Source of the DNA: Desulfuromonadales bacterium
Lineage (GTDB): Bacteria > Desulfobacterota > Desulfuromonadia > Desulfuromonadales > UBA2294
DNA length: 55,223 bases
NCBI GenBank assembly: GCA_014859615.1
Contig: JACUTX010000001.1
Span: 1-55,223, forward strand
Direction of reading: 5' to 3'
The notes under the pieces are model-generated. The model was not told the DNA's origin. It saw nothing but the letters and a program-made list of their open reading frames with translations, and searched no databases. Positions 17,969 to 28,454 of the stretch are shown here, in pieces (the stretch's first letter is position 1; the number at the start of each line of letters is the position of its first letter). Made by a program: the position numbers and the translations under genes.

Positions 17969-19015
17969 ATGACAACGGAGATGACAGAGCGAAGTCGAAA
18001 AATCCTTGAGGTGATTGTCGATGATTACATCGCCTCCGGGGAGCCGGTCGGATCGCGGGCGGTCACAAAGCGGCACAACCTCGATCTCTCGCCGGCTACG
18101 GTGCGAAATGTCATGTCTGATCTCGAAGAGCTCGGTTTTCTGGCGTCGCCGCACACCTCTGCCGGGCGTATCCCGACAGAAAAGGGGTACCGTTATTACG
18201 TCGATTGTCTGTTGCAGCTGCGCGAACTGACACCCAAAGAGAAACGGAGTATCGAGGCGAGCTGCCCCGGCATCAATGGCCTTGACAAGCTGTTTCAGGA
18301 AGCGGGGAAGGCACTCTCGGCGCTCTCCAGCCATGCCGGTATCGTTATGGCGCCCCGTTTTACAACCACGATTTACAAGCAGATCGAGTTTGTCCGTTTG
18401 TCGCGTGGCAAACTTCTGGTGGTGTTTGTTTCCGAGTCGGGGTTGGTGCAGAACAAGGTGATTGACGCTGATGAGACGCTGACTCAGGAAGATCTGGTGA
18501 AGATTACCAACTATTTGAATGAGATGCTCTCCGGGATGAATATTTCTGAAGTGCGGGCAAAAATCTCCAGCGAGATGAAGCAGGAACGACATTTGTATGA
18601 CAAGCTGGTCGGCAAGGCGCTGGAGCTCTCCGGTGCGGTGCTCAAAGAGGAACTCGGCGGGCAGCTCTTTATCGAGGGGGCGTCCAGCTTCCTTGATCAG
18701 CCGGGGATTGTCGATATGGGACAGATGAAGAGACTGTTTAGGGCGTTTGAACAGAAAAATACGTTGATTGATCTGCTCGACAAAAGTCAGCAGGCAGCCG
18801 GTGTCCAGATTTTTATCGGGAGTGAGCATGAACTGGCGCAGATCGATGGCTGCAGCCTGGTTACGGCCAATTATCAGAATGTACACGGCACCATCGGCAC
18901 ACTTGGGGTTATCGGCCCGAGTCGAATGGCTTATTCCAAGGTGATTCCGATCGTCGATTATACCGCCCGGCTGATCAGCCGGATGCTCGAAACAGGCGAT
19001 GACAAGGAGATATAA
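17969..19015 (+). CDS. hrcA: Heat-inducible transcription repressor HrcA
   Basis: MTTEMTERSRKILEVIVDDYIASGEPVGSRAVTK is the typical HrcA N-terminus. The track start at 17909 lies inside CIRCE and is rejected. ATG 17963, 17969 and 17981 are all possible starts. Confidence 0.87.
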   Translation: MTTEMTERSRKILEVIVDDYIASGEPVGSRAVTKRHNLDLSPATVRNVMSDLEELGFLASPHTSAGRIPTEKGYRYYVDCLLQLRELTPKEKRSIEASCPGINGLDKLFQEAGKALSALSSHAGIVMAPRFTTTIYKQIEFVRLSRGKLLVVFVSESGLVQNKVIDADETLTQEDLVKITNYLNEMLSGMNISEVRAKISSEMKQERHLYDKLVGKALELSGAVLKEELGGQLFIEGASSFLDQPGIVDMGQMKRLFRAFEQKNTLIDLLDKSQQAAGVQIFIGSEHELAQIDGCSLVTANYQNVHGTIGTLGVIGPSRMAYSKVIPIVDYTARLISRMLETGDDKEI

Positions 19016-19018
19016 CGC

Positions 19019-19660
19019 GTGGCAAAGAAGAAAGAGGCAAAAAGAGCCGCTCCGGTCGGTGAAGAGGTCATTGAGGTGACTGAAGAGACCGAAGCAACTG
19101 AAGTCCAGATTGATCCACAAGAGGAGAACCTGCCAGCGTCGCTTGAGGAGCAGTTGCAGGCTGCGCAAGCTGAAGTTGCCGCTAATAAAGATCTTTATCT
19201 GCGGGCTCTGGCTGATCTGGAGAATTACCGTAAGCGTGCCCAGCGTGAAAAGGAAGATGCTTTTCGTTTCGCTAACGACCGTATTCTGCGTGACATTATT
19301 CCGGTGCTGGATAACCTTGAGCGGGCGGTTGAACATGCTCACAGTTCAGCAGGTGAACAGAACGTTCTGCTGGAGGGGGTCGAAATGACGCTGGAGCAGT
19401 TTCGAAAAGTTCTGGAGTCTTCCGGGGTCACAGCGGTCGAAGCGATGGGGCAGCCGTTTAATCCTGATTTCCATCAGGCGATCGGCCAGGTGCCGACTGC
19501 AGACCAGCCGGCAAACAGCGTCGTTCAGGTGCTGCAAAAGGGGTATCTTCTCAATGATCGCCTGCTTCGCCCGGCTATGGTTATGGTCGCAACGTCTTTG
19601 CCCGAAGAAGGAATCAAACCAGAGGGTCAGGCTGACGAACAGACTGGCGCTGTCGAATAA
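19019..19660 (+). CDS. grpE: Nucleotide exchange factor GrpE
   Basis: 213 aa, GTG start. [21 protein letters not shown] and [17 protein letters not shown] are GrpE signature stretches. Confidence 0.92.
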   Translation: MAKKKEAKRAAPVGEEVIEVTEETEATEVQIDPQEENLPASLEEQLQAAQAEVAANKDLYLRALADLENYRKRAQREKEDAFRFANDRILRDIIPVLDNLERAVEHAHSSAGEQNVLLEGVEMTLEQFRKVLESSGVTAVEAMGQPFNPDFHQAIGQVPTADQPANSVVQVLQKGYLLNDRLLRPAMVMVATSLPEEGIKPEGQADEQTGAVE

Positions 19661-19695
19661 ATCAAGGTTTTTCAATAATAAAAAGGAGTTGTCTC

Positions 19696-21600
19696 ATGGG
19701 AAAAGTAATCGGAATAGATCTCGGTACGACCAATTCTTGCGTGGCGGTAATGGAGGGTGGTGAGCCGAGCGTTATCGCTAATTCAGAAGGGGCTCGCACC
19801 ACGCCGTCAATGGTCGCATTTTCCGAGAGTGGTGAGCGTCTGGTCGGTCAGCAGGCCAAGCGCCAGGCGGTGACCAATCCGGAAAACACGGTTTACGCGA
19901 TCAAGCGTCTGATTGGCCGCAAATTCGATACGGACGCTGTGCGCAAGGATATCGAAATCAGCCCGTTCAAGATCATCAAGGCGGATAATGGTGATGCCTG
20001 GGTTGAGGCCCGTGGGCAGAAGTATAGTGCGCCGGAGATTTCGGCAATCGTACTTCAGAAGATGAAAAAGACCGCTGAGGATTTCCTTGGCGAGCCCGTG
20101 ACCGAAGCGGTCATTACTGTGCCGGCCTATTTTAACGATTCACAGCGTCAGGCGACCAAGGATGCCGGCAAAATTGCCGGGCTTGAGGTTTTACGTATAA
20201 TCAATGAGCCGACCGCTGCGGCTCTTGCTTACGGTCTGGACAAGAAGGAAGAAGAGAAAGTCGCTGTTTTTGACCTCGGTGGCGGCACCTTCGACATCTC
20301 GATTCTAGAGCTTGGTGACGGCGTGTTTGAAGTCAAGGCGACCAACGGTGACACTTTCCTCGGTGGTGAGGACTTCGATCAGCGGATCATCGACTATGTC
20401 GCGGATGAATTCAAGCGGGATCAAGGGGTCGATCTGCGTAGCGACAAGATGGCTCTGCAACGTCTGAAGGAAGCGGCAGAAAAAGCGAAGTGCGAGCTCT
20501 CCTCGTCGCAAGAGACCGATATCAACCTGCCGTTTATCACCGCTGATCAGAACGGCCCGAAGCATATGAACATTAAGCTGACCCGTTCCAAGCTTGAAAG
20601 TATCTGTGATGATCTGATTACCCGACTGGTCGGGCCGTGCAAAACCGCCATGAAGGACGCTGGTCTGAAGGCTTCTGATATCGACGAGGTTATCCTGGTC
20701 GGCGGCATGACCCGCATGCCGGCCGTACAGGCGAAGGTCAAGGAGATCTTCGGCAAAGAGCCGAACAAGGGGGTCAACCCTGATGAAGTGGTCGCTATCG
20801 GCGCTTCCATTCAGGGGGGGGTGCTCAAGGGCGAGGTGAAGGATGTTCTGCTCCTCGACGTGACCCCGCTCTCTCTCGGAATCGAGACGCTCGGCAGCGT
20901 AATGACCAAGCTGATAGAAAAGAACAGCACTATCCCGTGTAAAAAGAGTCAGGTCTTCTCGACGGCAGCTGACAACCAGCCGGCTGTTTCGGTTCATGTT
21001 CTGCAAGGTGAGCGTGAGATGGCCGAAGGGAACAAGACGATTGGCCGTTTCGATCTGGCCAACATCCCGCCGGCGCCCCGGGGCGTTCCGCAGATTGAGG
21101 TGACTTTCGATATTGATGCCAACGGTATCCTTAATGTTTCGGCCAAGGATCTGGGGACCGGTAAAGAACAGTCGATCCGGATTACGGCCTCTTCGGGGCT
21201 GAGCGATGAAGAGATCGACCGCATGGTCAAGGAAGCCGAGATGCACTCGGATGAGGACAAAAAGAAAAAAGAGTTGATCGAAGCCCGCAATCAGGCCGAC
21301 GGTCTGGTCTACACCACCGAGAAAACCCTCAAAGAGCACGGCGATAAGGTTGACGCCGAGACGAAAACCAAGATCGAATCGGCCCTCGAAGAGTTGAAGA
21401 AAGCGATCGAGGGGGACGACAAGGCCGATATCAATGCCAAGGTCGAAGCTCTTTCTCAATCAGCACATAAGCTGGCCGAAGCGATGTATGCCAAGGCGGA
21501 AGCTGAAGGGGAAGCGGGTTCGGCTGACGCTGGCGACGATTCAGTCGTGGATGCCGAGTTTGAAGATGTCGAAGAGAAGGACGACAAAGAGGGGAAATAA
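19696..21600 (+). CDS. dnaK: Molecular chaperone DnaK (Hsp70)
   Basis: 634 aa. [25 protein letters not shown] and [11 protein letters not shown] are the three Hsp70 signatures. An AAGGAG RBS is present. Confidence 0.98.
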   Translation: MGKVIGIDLGTTNSCVAVMEGGEPSVIANSEGARTTPSMVAFSESGERLVGQQAKRQAVTNPENTVYAIKRLIGRKFDTDAVRKDIEISPFKIIKADNGDAWVEARGQKYSAPEISAIVLQKMKKTAEDFLGEPVTEAVITVPAYFNDSQRQATKDAGKIAGLEVLRIINEPTAAALAYGLDKKEEEKVAVFDLGGGTFDISILELGDGVFEVKATNGDTFLGGEDFDQRIIDYVADEFKRDQGVDLRSDKMALQRLKEAAEKAKCELSSSQETDINLPFITADQNGPKHMNIKLTRSKLESICDDLITRLVGPCKTAMKDAGLKASDIDEVILVGGMTRMPAVQAKVKEIFGKEPNKGVNPDEVVAIGASIQGGVLKGEVKDVLLLDVTPLSLGIETLGSVMTKLIEKNSTIPCKKSQVFSTAADNQPAVSVHVLQGEREMAEGNKTIGRFDLANIPPAPRGVPQIEVTFDIDANGILNVSAKDLGTGKEQSIRITASSGLSDEEIDRMVKEAEMHSDEDKKKKELIEARNQADGLVYTTEKTLKEHGDKVDAETKTKIESALEELKKAIEGDDKADINAKVEALSQSAHKLAEAMYAKAEAEGEAGSADAGDDSVVDAEFEDVEEKDDKEGK

Positions 21601-21636
21601 TCTCGACGTCACTTTTTTTAGAAAATCAAGTAACGG

Positions 21637-21670
21637 CAGCAGGACCCGGAATTTTTTCCGGATCCTGCTG
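21637..21670 (+). other. Stem-loop in the dnaK-dnaJ spacer (possible partial terminator or processing site)
   Basis: CAGCAGGACCCGGAA-TTTT-TTCCGGATCCTGCTG forms a 15-bp stem with one mismatch. No T-run follows. Confidence 0.4.
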
Positions 21671-21708
21671 TGCTGTTGGCGGCTTACCGGTTGCCGAGAA
21701 GGAACACC

Positions 21709-22821
21709 TTGAATAAACGCGACTACTACGAGATACTTGAAGTCAATAAAAATGCGAGCGAGAGCGAGATCAAGAAGGCTTATCGTCGACTGGCGGTCAA
21801 GTATCATCCGGATAAAAATCAGGGGGATAAAGGTGCGGAGGAGAAGTTCAAGGAACTCTCCGAGGCTTATGCTGTTCTGTCCGATGCACAGCAACGCGCA
21901 ACCTACGATCAATTCGGTCACGCCGGGTTGGGCGGGGGCGGTTTCTCTTCGGGGGGGTTCAATTTTGGCGGTACACCGTTCGAGGATATGTTTGGCGATA
22001 TCTTCGGTGATATCTTCGGTGGAGGCAACGGCCGTCGCAGCCGGGGGAGGCGTGGTGATGATCTGCGCTATAACCTGACGATCTCCTTTGAGGAAGCAGC
22101 CTTCGGGATGGAGACAAAAGTACAGCTGCCACGCCATCAGAGCTGCGACAGCTGTGGTGGGAGCGGCGCGGCTGACGGATCGAGTCCCCGGAGTTGTGAT
22201 ACTTGTGGTGGGCATGGTCAGGTGCGAATTCAGCAAGGGTTCTTTTCTCTGACTCGCCCCTGCCCCGACTGTTCCGGCGAGGGACGGGTTATCGATTCGC
22301 CCTGCCCTGACTGTCAGGGGAGTGGCCGGGTTCGGCGAAAAAAATCGATCTCCTTGAAGATTCCTGCCGGGGTAGAGACCGGAACCCGCCTCAAACTTAA
22401 CGGTGAAGGTGAGGCCGGTACGCAGGGTGGCCCGGCCGGTGATCTTTATGTGGTGCTCTCGGTTTCAGATCACTCTATTTTTAAGCGTGAAGGGCGTGAG
22501 GTTATCTGTGAAGTGCCGATCAGTTACGTTCAGGCGGCCCTCGGTTGTGAGCTGGAAGTCCCGACTCTCGACGGGAGAGTGAAAATCAAGGTTCCTGCCG
22601 GCACCCAGTCGGGGAAGATCCTGAAACTCGCCGGGAAAGGGATTCCATCGCTTCAGGGGTACGGTCGCGGTGATCAGCTGGTTGTGGTTCGGGTGGAGAC
22701 TCCGACCGGACTGACGGCCCGGCAGAAAAAATTACTTGAAGAGTTTGCCCGTGAAGGAGGGGAAGAGATTCATCCTCTCGGTAAAAGTTTTCTCGATAAG
22801 GTAAAAGAGCTGTTTGATTGA
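21709..22821 (+). CDS. dnaJ: Co-chaperone DnaJ (Hsp40)
   Basis: A TTG start at 21709 after GAAGGA gives [18 protein letters not shown] (J-domain HPD), a G/F-rich region, and four CxxCxGxG zinc motifs ([32 protein letters not shown]). The track start 21670 lies inside the upstream hairpin and is rejected. Confidence 0.93.
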   Translation: MNKRDYYEILEVNKNASESEIKKAYRRLAVKYHPDKNQGDKGAEEKFKELSEAYAVLSDAQQRATYDQFGHAGLGGGGFSSGGFNFGGTPFEDMFGDIFGDIFGGGNGRRSRGRRGDDLRYNLTISFEEAAFGMETKVQLPRHQSCDSCGGSGAADGSSPRSCDTCGGHGQVRIQQGFFSLTRPCPDCSGEGRVIDSPCPDCQGSGRVRRKKSISLKIPAGVETGTRLKLNGEGEAGTQGGPAGDLYVVLSVSDHSIFKREGREVICEVPISYVQAALGCELEVPTLDGRVKIKVPAGTQSGKILKLAGKGIPSLQGYGRGDQLVVVRVETPTGLTARQKKLLEEFAREGGEEIHPLGKSFLDKVKELFD

Positions 22822-22859
22822 TCTGTTCGTCTTTGAACCTGGTCGGTTAAGAGAAAAAG

Positions 22860-24818
22860 ATGCTGATGCGCAAACGACAATTAATACGCACTCTTTTGTT
22901 TGGCCTTCTGACCCTGTTGCTGATTTTGCCGCCCTTTTTGTACGCCGCGGCGCCAGTAGATAACAGGTCGCTCGGTGCGGCGATGCGCAGTTACGCCGAA
23001 GGCGATTATGCGGCGGCACTGCCGCAGCTGCTCTCCCTGCTAGAAACGGCGGACGAAGTGACGCCGATGATCGACGCACGGCTTGCGGTTGCTTCTATCT
23101 ACCGGCAGAAGGGGCAGAACGATGCGGCGCTGGCACAGATCAGCCAGATTCCTGCGACGCTGCGCAACGATCAGTCGCGTCTGATTGAGGGGTTGATTCT
23201 TCTGGAGATTGGTCTGTTTGATGAGAGCGTCGCAACCTTCAAACGGATTGATGAACAGGCTTTATCGGCGGAAGATCGCGAAACTTTGCTTGTCTCCCTG
23301 GCACGAGGAAGTGCCGGACAAAGGGAGCTGTTCCCGGCACTCTGGTTTGCGCACCGCGCCCTGAGTACAACGATGTCGCCGGAGCGGGAGAACGCTGTTT
23401 TTTCTCTGGTGATGGAATTGTTGAAAAGTGCAGAAGCCGAGCAAAAGCTGCCGGAGATCGCCTTTATGTTTGCCGGTACGCCGATCGGTGCAGCGGCCTC
23501 CATTTTACTGATCGAGCAAAGTCTCGATTCCGGGAGTCTGGAGTTGGCGCGGGCCAGAATTCACCAGGTCGATATTGGCCTGATCCCGGGGGATTTTCGC
23601 AATTCGGCAATTGCCCTCTTTACCAGATTAACCGGTGAAAGCTGGTTGCAGCGATCCGTCGGCGTAGTTTTGCCTTTCTCGGGTAAATATTCGGTGTATG
23701 GCGAATTTGTCCGCCGCGGCATGGAGCTGGCTCTTGAAGGGGCGGTGAATGCAACCGGAGTTCGTTTTCTGTTTTACGACGGGGCGGCCGATGCGGCGAA
23801 AAGCCGCGAGGCGGTGCGTACTCTGGTTCGGAGTGAGAAAGTCGTAGCCGTAACCGGGGCGATTACCGGTGCAGCGGCGATGGCGATTGCCGAACAGGCG
23901 CAGAGTGAACAGGTCCCTTTATTGACCCTGGCACAAAGCAACGGTCTGCCCGAGGTTGGTCCCTATATTTTTCGTAATTCTCTGACCGCGCGGCAGCAGG
24001 TTGAGACGCTCGCTCGTTATGCGGTGCTCGATCAGGGTCTGACGAGTTTCGCTATTCTCTCCCCGGAGAATCGCCTTGGTGAGAGTATGGCCGATCTCTT
24101 TACGGAAGAGGTCGAAAAGCTCGGTGCCGAAGTTATCGTAGCGCAGCAGTACGACGAAACGGCCACCGATTTTGGGCGCCAGATCAAGCGGCTCAAGGGG
24201 GAAAACCCGAACAGGGGTAAAATGGTCTTGACCGGTAAAGCGTTGTTGCTCGATCTGTTTGTACCAGACCCACCCCCCTTTGAATTTGAGGCGCTGTTTA
24301 TCCCCGATTATGCCGACAAGATTGGCGTCATCGCTCCGCAACTTGCTTATTATGGTATAGAGAATGTACCGCTGCTCGGTATCAATGGCTGGAATTCACC
24401 GGATCTGCTGCGTACGGTCGGAGGTTTTATCGAGGGGGCGGTTTTTGTCGACGGTTTTTTCGCTTACAGTCCTTACCCCTTCGTCAAGGAGTTTGTCGAC
24501 CTATATTATGCAAAGTATGGAGAGATTCCGACTTTTCTACAGGCACAAGGGTACGATGCGGCCAGTATCCTGCTTGCGCTGCTCGACAATCCCGATATTC
24601 GCACCCGCAACGATCTCCGTCTGGCTTTGAGTCAGCTACAGGCCTATCCAGGTGTGACCGGAGCAACAACGTTTAACTGGAGTGGTGAAGCGGAGAAAAT
24701 TCTCTATCTGCTCCAGGTTCGCAACGGCAACATCGAGCAGATCAACAACCTGATTGAGGTCGGATCGCCTGGGTCGACCATCGATGCTCTGATCAACGGT
24801 CAGCTGATTCATGAATAA
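22860..24818 (+). CDS. Secreted TPR + type-I periplasmic-binding-fold protein (LpoA / LivK-like, penicillin-binding protein activator family)
   Basis: 652 aa. Sec signal (LLFGLLTLLLILPPFLYAAAP). The N-terminal ~250 aa are helical and TPR-like. The C-terminal part has a Peripla_BP_6-like pattern (VGVVLPFSGKYSVYGEFVRRGMELAL..VVAVTGAITG..). Confidence 0.7.
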   Translation: MLMRKRQLIRTLLFGLLTLLLILPPFLYAAAPVDNRSLGAAMRSYAEGDYAAALPQLLSLLETADEVTPMIDARLAVASIYRQKGQNDAALAQISQIPATLRNDQSRLIEGLILLEIGLFDESVATFKRIDEQALSAEDRETLLVSLARGSAGQRELFPALWFAHRALSTTMSPERENAVFSLVMELLKSAEAEQKLPEIAFMFAGTPIGAAASILLIEQSLDSGSLELARARIHQVDIGLIPGDFRNSAIALFTRLTGESWLQRSVGVVLPFSGKYSVYGEFVRRGMELALEGAVNATGVRFLFYDGAADAAKSREAVRTLVRSEKVVAVTGAITGAAAMAIAEQAQSEQVPLLTLAQSNGLPEVGPYIFRNSLTARQQVETLARYAVLDQGLTSFAILSPENRLGESMADLFTEEVEKLGAEVIVAQQYDETATDFGRQIKRLKGENPNRGKMVLTGKALLLDLFVPDPPPFEFEALFIPDYADKIGVIAPQLAYYGIENVPLLGINGWNSPDLLRTVGGFIEGAVFVDGFFAYSPYPFVKEFVDLYYAKYGEIPTFLQAQGYDAASILLALLDNPDIRTRNDLRLALSQLQAYPGVTGATTFNWSGEAEKILYLLQVRNGNIEQINNLIEVGSPGSTIDALINGQLIHE

Positions 24819-25587
24819 AAGCGCGTCAGGAAAAAGGATGATGCAACTGTCGCTTCTGTCTCTGCTGCTGTTGTTGACGGCATCCTGCTTCCCGCCAGGA
24901 TTGGAAAACCCGGGGATTGGCGCAGGGAGTATAAACGGGACGGTCTTGACCCGGGAGGGGGGTCCGGCAACCGGGGCGTACGTCTATGCTTATCGGACCA
25001 ACAGCAACGGTCTGCGCGGTCCGGCTGATTTCGCCGCCAGCGTCGATGCCGACGGCCACTATTCCCTCGATCTGATTCGTGGCGAATATCACCTGGTTGC
25101 CCGGCAAAGGTCTTCCGGGAACGGTTCGGGGCCACCGACGGTCGGCGATGCCTGGGCCATTTATAAACGGAACCCGGTCAGCGTTGGCAGTAATTCTATC
25201 GATTCGGTCGACTTTGTACTTCAGCGCGACAGCGGTCTGCATCCGTTGCGCCAGGGGAGTTTGGCTTCGGGTGATACCGGGTTTTCCGGCATTTTGCGCA
25301 GTGACGATGCCGAGGTGGAGGGAGCTTTCGTTCTCGCTTATCGATCCCCGGATTTCAGACGGATGCCTGATTTTACCTCGCTGCCAGCAGGCCAGGATGG
25401 ACGATTTGTCCTCTATGTGCCGGATCCCGGGCGCTACTGTCTGGCCGCCCGCAAGCAGACGCGCGGCCAGCCCCGCGAAGGGGAGCCGTACGGAACCCTT
25501 GGCTCGGATGATGCCGGTTGTCGTCAGGTTAGTCGTGGCCAGATTCTGGATGTCGGCACAATAGTTCTGCGCCCGCACCGGCGCTGA
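24811..25587 (+). CDS. Lipoprotein with two carboxypeptidase-regulatory-like (CarboxypepD_reg) beta-sandwich repeats
   Basis: 258 aa. Lipobox LLTASC. The repeated pattern G.V....G.P..GAYVYAY...DADGHYSLDLIRGEYHLVAR recurs as GAFVLAY..GQDGRFVLYVPDPGRYCLAAR. It overlaps the upstream gene by 8 nt. The antisense 250-aa ORF is judged a shadow. Confidence 0.6.
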   Translation: MNKSASGKRMMQLSLLSLLLLLTASCFPPGLENPGIGAGSINGTVLTREGGPATGAYVYAYRTNSNGLRGPADFAASVDADGHYSLDLIRGEYHLVARQRSSGNGSGPPTVGDAWAIYKRNPVSVGSNSIDSVDFVLQRDSGLHPLRQGSLASGDTGFSGILRSDDAEVEGAFVLAYRSPDFRRMPDFTSLPAGQDGRFVLYVPDPGRYCLAARKQTRGQPREGEPYGTLGSDDAGCRQVSRGQILDVGTIVLRPHRR

Positions 25588-25596
25588 TGGTTACGG

Positions 25597-26505
25597 TTAT
25601 TCGCCGAGGGCAAGCAGTGCATGCAGCAGTTCAATCCGCGGGGTGGCGACTCCTGCGGCCTGAGCCCGCCTGAGCGGCTCGACATAAATAGATTCCAGCT
25701 CCAGCGGTCGACCTTCCATTCGATCGATCATCATGCTTGGCCGATAGTGACTCATACTCTCGGTGACTGTCAGCATCTGTTCGATGAATCGTGCTGTTTC
25801 GATCGGGGAGCTTATTTTTTGGGCATTGGCTGCCGTTGCAACCTCGGTCATCAGTGCAGAAATTTCATCGCGGATATGCGGATCGGACAGCAGGGCGGTA
25901 ACATCGAGACCGGTCAGGGCGCAGAGGCCGTTGAACGGAATATTCCAGACCAGCTTCTCCCAACGCGTCTTGAGCAGATCGTCAACCGATTCGCAGTTGA
26001 GACCGGCGGCGCTAAAGAGTTTGGCGACGTCTCGGCATCGATCTGTGGCTTCGGGTCTGAACGCCCCGATACGCACCCTCCCCTGTCCGAGGTGATGGAC
26101 GATGCCGGGTACTCCACGATTGGCGCAGAGGAAAGCGACCCCGCCGAGTATCTGTTCTGCAGGGATGCTCCTGGCCAGATACTCTTCATTGCCGAGCCCG
26201 TTCTGCAGGGTCAGAACAGCCGTCTCCGGGCCGATCAGAGGGGCAATGAGGGAGTAAACCTTGTTATTATCGAAGGTTTTCAACCCGACAACGACCAGAT
26301 CCACCGTACCGATGTTGTCGGTTTCTCGGTGCCCGTTCACTCTTTGCAGATGAAAGTCACCGTCGATGGAAAAGACTCTCAAACCGTCACTCATGATGGC
26401 ATCGTAGTCGCGACGCAACAAAAAATGGACCTCTTCGCCTCCTCGTTGCAGTAACGCACCGTAATAGAGCCCGAGGGCTCCGGCACCGATTATAGCAGTT
26501 CGCAT
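25597..26505 (-). CDS. panE: 2-dehydropantoate 2-reductase (ketopantoate reductase)
   Basis: 302 aa. N-terminal Rossmann motif IIGAGALGLYYGALL, central LQNGLGNEE, and an ApbA_C-like tail (SSMMID-type motif PSMMIDRMEGRPLELESI). Confidence 0.85.
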   Translation of the reverse strand: MRTAIIGAGALGLYYGALLQRGGEEVHFLLRRDYDAIMSDGLRVFSIDGDFHLQRVNGHRETDNIGTVDLVVVGLKTFDNNKVYSLIAPLIGPETAVLTLQNGLGNEEYLARSIPAEQILGGVAFLCANRGVPGIVHHLGQGRVRIGAFRPEATDRCRDVAKLFSAAGLNCESVDDLLKTRWEKLVWNIPFNGLCALTGLDVTALLSDPHIRDEISALMTEVATAANAQKISSPIETARFIEQMLTVTESMSHYRPSMMIDRMEGRPLELESIYVEPLRRAQAAGVATPRIELLHALLALGE

Positions 26506-26625
26506 TCTCGCCTCCGTGTTGAAATGTCTGCTGTTCTTATAGCATTACCGGCTGCGACCGGCAATCGACGGTTGTCGACAATCGTAATAATGCGATTGGT
26601 CTTGACCCCCTGCCAGGTCTTCAGC

Positions 26626-26654
26626 TTGACGTAGAGCGCTATTTTTGCTATGCT
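26626..26654 (+). promoter_or_regulatory. Candidate sigma70 promoter for carD
   Basis: TTGACG (26626-26631), a 17-nt spacer, then TATGCT (26649-26654), about 28 nt upstream of the carD ATG. Confidence 0.45.
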
Positions 26655-26681
26655 AAGCGTCTTTCCGAGAGGAGTAGTTTA

Positions 26682-27170
26682 ATGTTTAAAATTGGCGATC
26701 GAGCAGTATACCCCACCCAGGGAATCGGTGTGATTGAAGCTATTGAGTCGAGAGATTTCGGGGGGGTGGAGACGAACTTTTACATTTTACGTATAGTCGA
26801 TAGTGATATTACGATCATGGTTCCGACCGGAAATGCCTTACACATCGGGTTGCGCAGTCCGATAGACAAGAAACGGGTCGCTTCAATTTTCGATATGCTG
26901 GGAGAAAAAACCATCATCGCCGCCGGACCGATCGCTTCATGGAGCCGTCGCCAACGCGAATATAACGATAAAATCAAGACGGGTGATCTGTTTGAGGTCG
27001 CCGAGGTATTACGTGAACTCTATGCGATCCGTGATGGCAAAGAGCTCTCCTATGGTGAGAAGAAGGTCCTGGAACTGGCCCGAAAGCTGCTGGTCAAGGA
27101 AGTTGCTCTGGCCGAAGGAGCCGAAGAAGACGCGGTGACGCAACGGGTCGAAAATATTTTCCTGAATTGA
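26682..27170 (+). CDS. carD: CarD/CdnL-family RNA-polymerase-binding transcription factor
   Basis: 162 aa. MFKIGDRAVYPTQGIGVIEAIESRDFGGVETNFYILRI is the typical CarD_TRCF N-terminal Tudor-like domain. Confidence 0.87.
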   Translation: MFKIGDRAVYPTQGIGVIEAIESRDFGGVETNFYILRIVDSDITIMVPTGNALHIGLRSPIDKKRVASIFDMLGEKTIIAAGPIASWSRRQREYNDKIKTGDLFEVAEVLRELYAIRDGKELSYGEKKVLELARKLLVKEVALAEGAEEDAVTQRVENIFLN

Positions 27171-27192
27171 AACGCTTCTGGCGGAGGCGTCA

Positions 27193-27894
27193 ATGAACGT
27201 CAGGGTGTTGATCCCGGCTGCCGGTGCAGGTCGCCGCATGGGGGGCGGGATAAATAAACAGTATCTGGAGTTGGCTGGCCAGCCGATTCTGGCTCGAACA
27301 CTTGAGGTGTTTGAGCAGCATCCCCTTATCGACAGCATTCTAATGATCGTCTCCCCGGCAGAGATAGCGTTCTGTACCGAAGAGATCGTTGTGCCTGGCA
27401 ACTATCGCAAAGTGGCCGCAGTGATTGCCGGCGGTCTTGAGCGGCAGGATTCGGTCTATTGCGGGCTACAGGCCTGCAACGCCGATGACGATGATCTGAT
27501 TCTGATTCATGATGGAGCCAGACCTCTGGTCAGTTGTGAGATCATTGATCGGGTGATCGCGACGGCACAGCAGCACGGAGCCTGCTTGACGGCCGTCCCG
27601 GTTAAAGATACCGTTAAATCGGTGCATAAGGGGTGTGTCGTTGATACTTTGGATCGCACAACCCTCTGGCTGGCCCAGACCCCGCAAGCCTTTCGTTACG
27701 ATCTGATCCGTGCTGCCTACGATCGGGCCGCCGCGCTCGGATTGAGGGGGACCGATGATGCCCAGCTGGTTGAATTGGCAGGTTTTACGGTTCGGGTTGT
27801 GCAGGGTGATTACCGTAATCTCAAGATCACGACACCGGAGGATCTGCCGGTGGCAGAACAGCTGCTGGCAGCCGAAAAAAAGGTGGGAGCATGA
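27193..27894 (+). CDS. ispD: 2-C-methyl-D-erythritol 4-phosphate cytidylyltransferase
   Basis: 233 aa. [18 protein letters not shown] and VLIHDGARP-type motif ([11 protein letters not shown]). It is followed by an overlapping ispF. Confidence 0.92.
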   Translation: MNVRVLIPAAGAGRRMGGGINKQYLELAGQPILARTLEVFEQHPLIDSILMIVSPAEIAFCTEEIVVPGNYRKVAAVIAGGLERQDSVYCGLQACNADDDDLILIHDGARPLVSCEIIDRVIATAQQHGACLTAVPVKDTVKSVHKGCVVDTLDRTTLWLAQTPQAFRYDLIRAAYDRAAALGLRGTDDAQLVELAGFTVRVVQGDYRNLKITTPEDLPVAEQLLAAEKKVGA

Positions 27895-28370
27895 TACGGA
27901 TCGGACATGGGTACGATGTTCATCAGCTCGTGCCTGGGCACAGGCTGGTTATTGGGGGCGTCGAGATCCCTTATCCATCAGGTCTTCTTGGTCATTCCGA
28001 CGCTGACGTACTGCTGCACGCCATCTGTGATGCCGTGCTCGGAGCGATCGGTGCAGGGGATATCGGCCGCCATTTTCCCGACAATGATCCCGCACTTAAG
28101 GGGATCGACAGTCGCAAGCTGCTCCGCCATGTGATCGATCTGGCGGCGCAACGCGGCTTTACAGTCAGCAATATCGATGCAACGGTGATCGCAGAGGCGC
28201 CGAAGCTCTCTCCCTGTATTGAACAGATGAGGACGGTGATTGCCGCTGATTGCCGGATCGCTGTGAATCAGACGAATATCAAGGCGACGACAACCGAGGG
28301 GCTCGGTTTTGCCGGCCGCAAAGAAGGGATCGCCGCACACGCCGTCGTGTTGATGCAGGCGATCGTCTGA
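27891..28370 (+). CDS. ispF: 2-C-methyl-D-erythritol 2,4-cyclodiphosphate synthase
   Basis: 159 aa. [39 protein letters not shown] matches the IspF signature. It has a 4-nt overlap with ispD. Confidence 0.94.
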   Translation: MIRIGHGYDVHQLVPGHRLVIGGVEIPYPSGLLGHSDADVLLHAICDAVLGAIGAGDIGRHFPDNDPALKGIDSRKLLRHVIDLAAQRGFTVSNIDATVIAEAPKLSPCIEQMRTVIAADCRIAVNQTNIKATTTEGLGFAGRKEGIAAHAVVLMQAIV

Positions 28371-28454
28371 TCGGGTGTAATTCTCTTCGACCGAAGTTTT
28401 TTTTGCACGGGTAGCTTGAAGATATATGTCTAATTGAAAGGATATGAACAGCAG

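Noticed and set aside
17912-19342. Long antisense ORFs opposite well-supported genes. Examples: 476 aa opposite hrcA/grpE; 2546-3502 (318 aa) opposite mrpB/C; 28866-30320 (484 aa) opposite glnS; 44983-46287 (434 aa) opposite uvrB; 51124-52176 and 53056-53964 opposite PFOR; 20305-21459 opposite dnaK.
   Set aside because: Each lies entirely within a gene whose product has unmistakable family signatures on the other strand. Their translations are low-complexity (rich in R, H, Q, D, G, P) with no recognisable motifs. They are typical shadow ORFs of moderately GC-rich DNA.
24826-25578. 250-aa reverse-strand ORF almost exactly coextensive with the + strand lipoprotein gene 24811-25587.
   Set aside because: The + strand product has a signal peptide, a lipobox, two internally repeated beta-sandwich-like units and an 8-nt coupling overlap with the upstream gene. 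The reverse product has none of these features. The + strand is therefore called coding.
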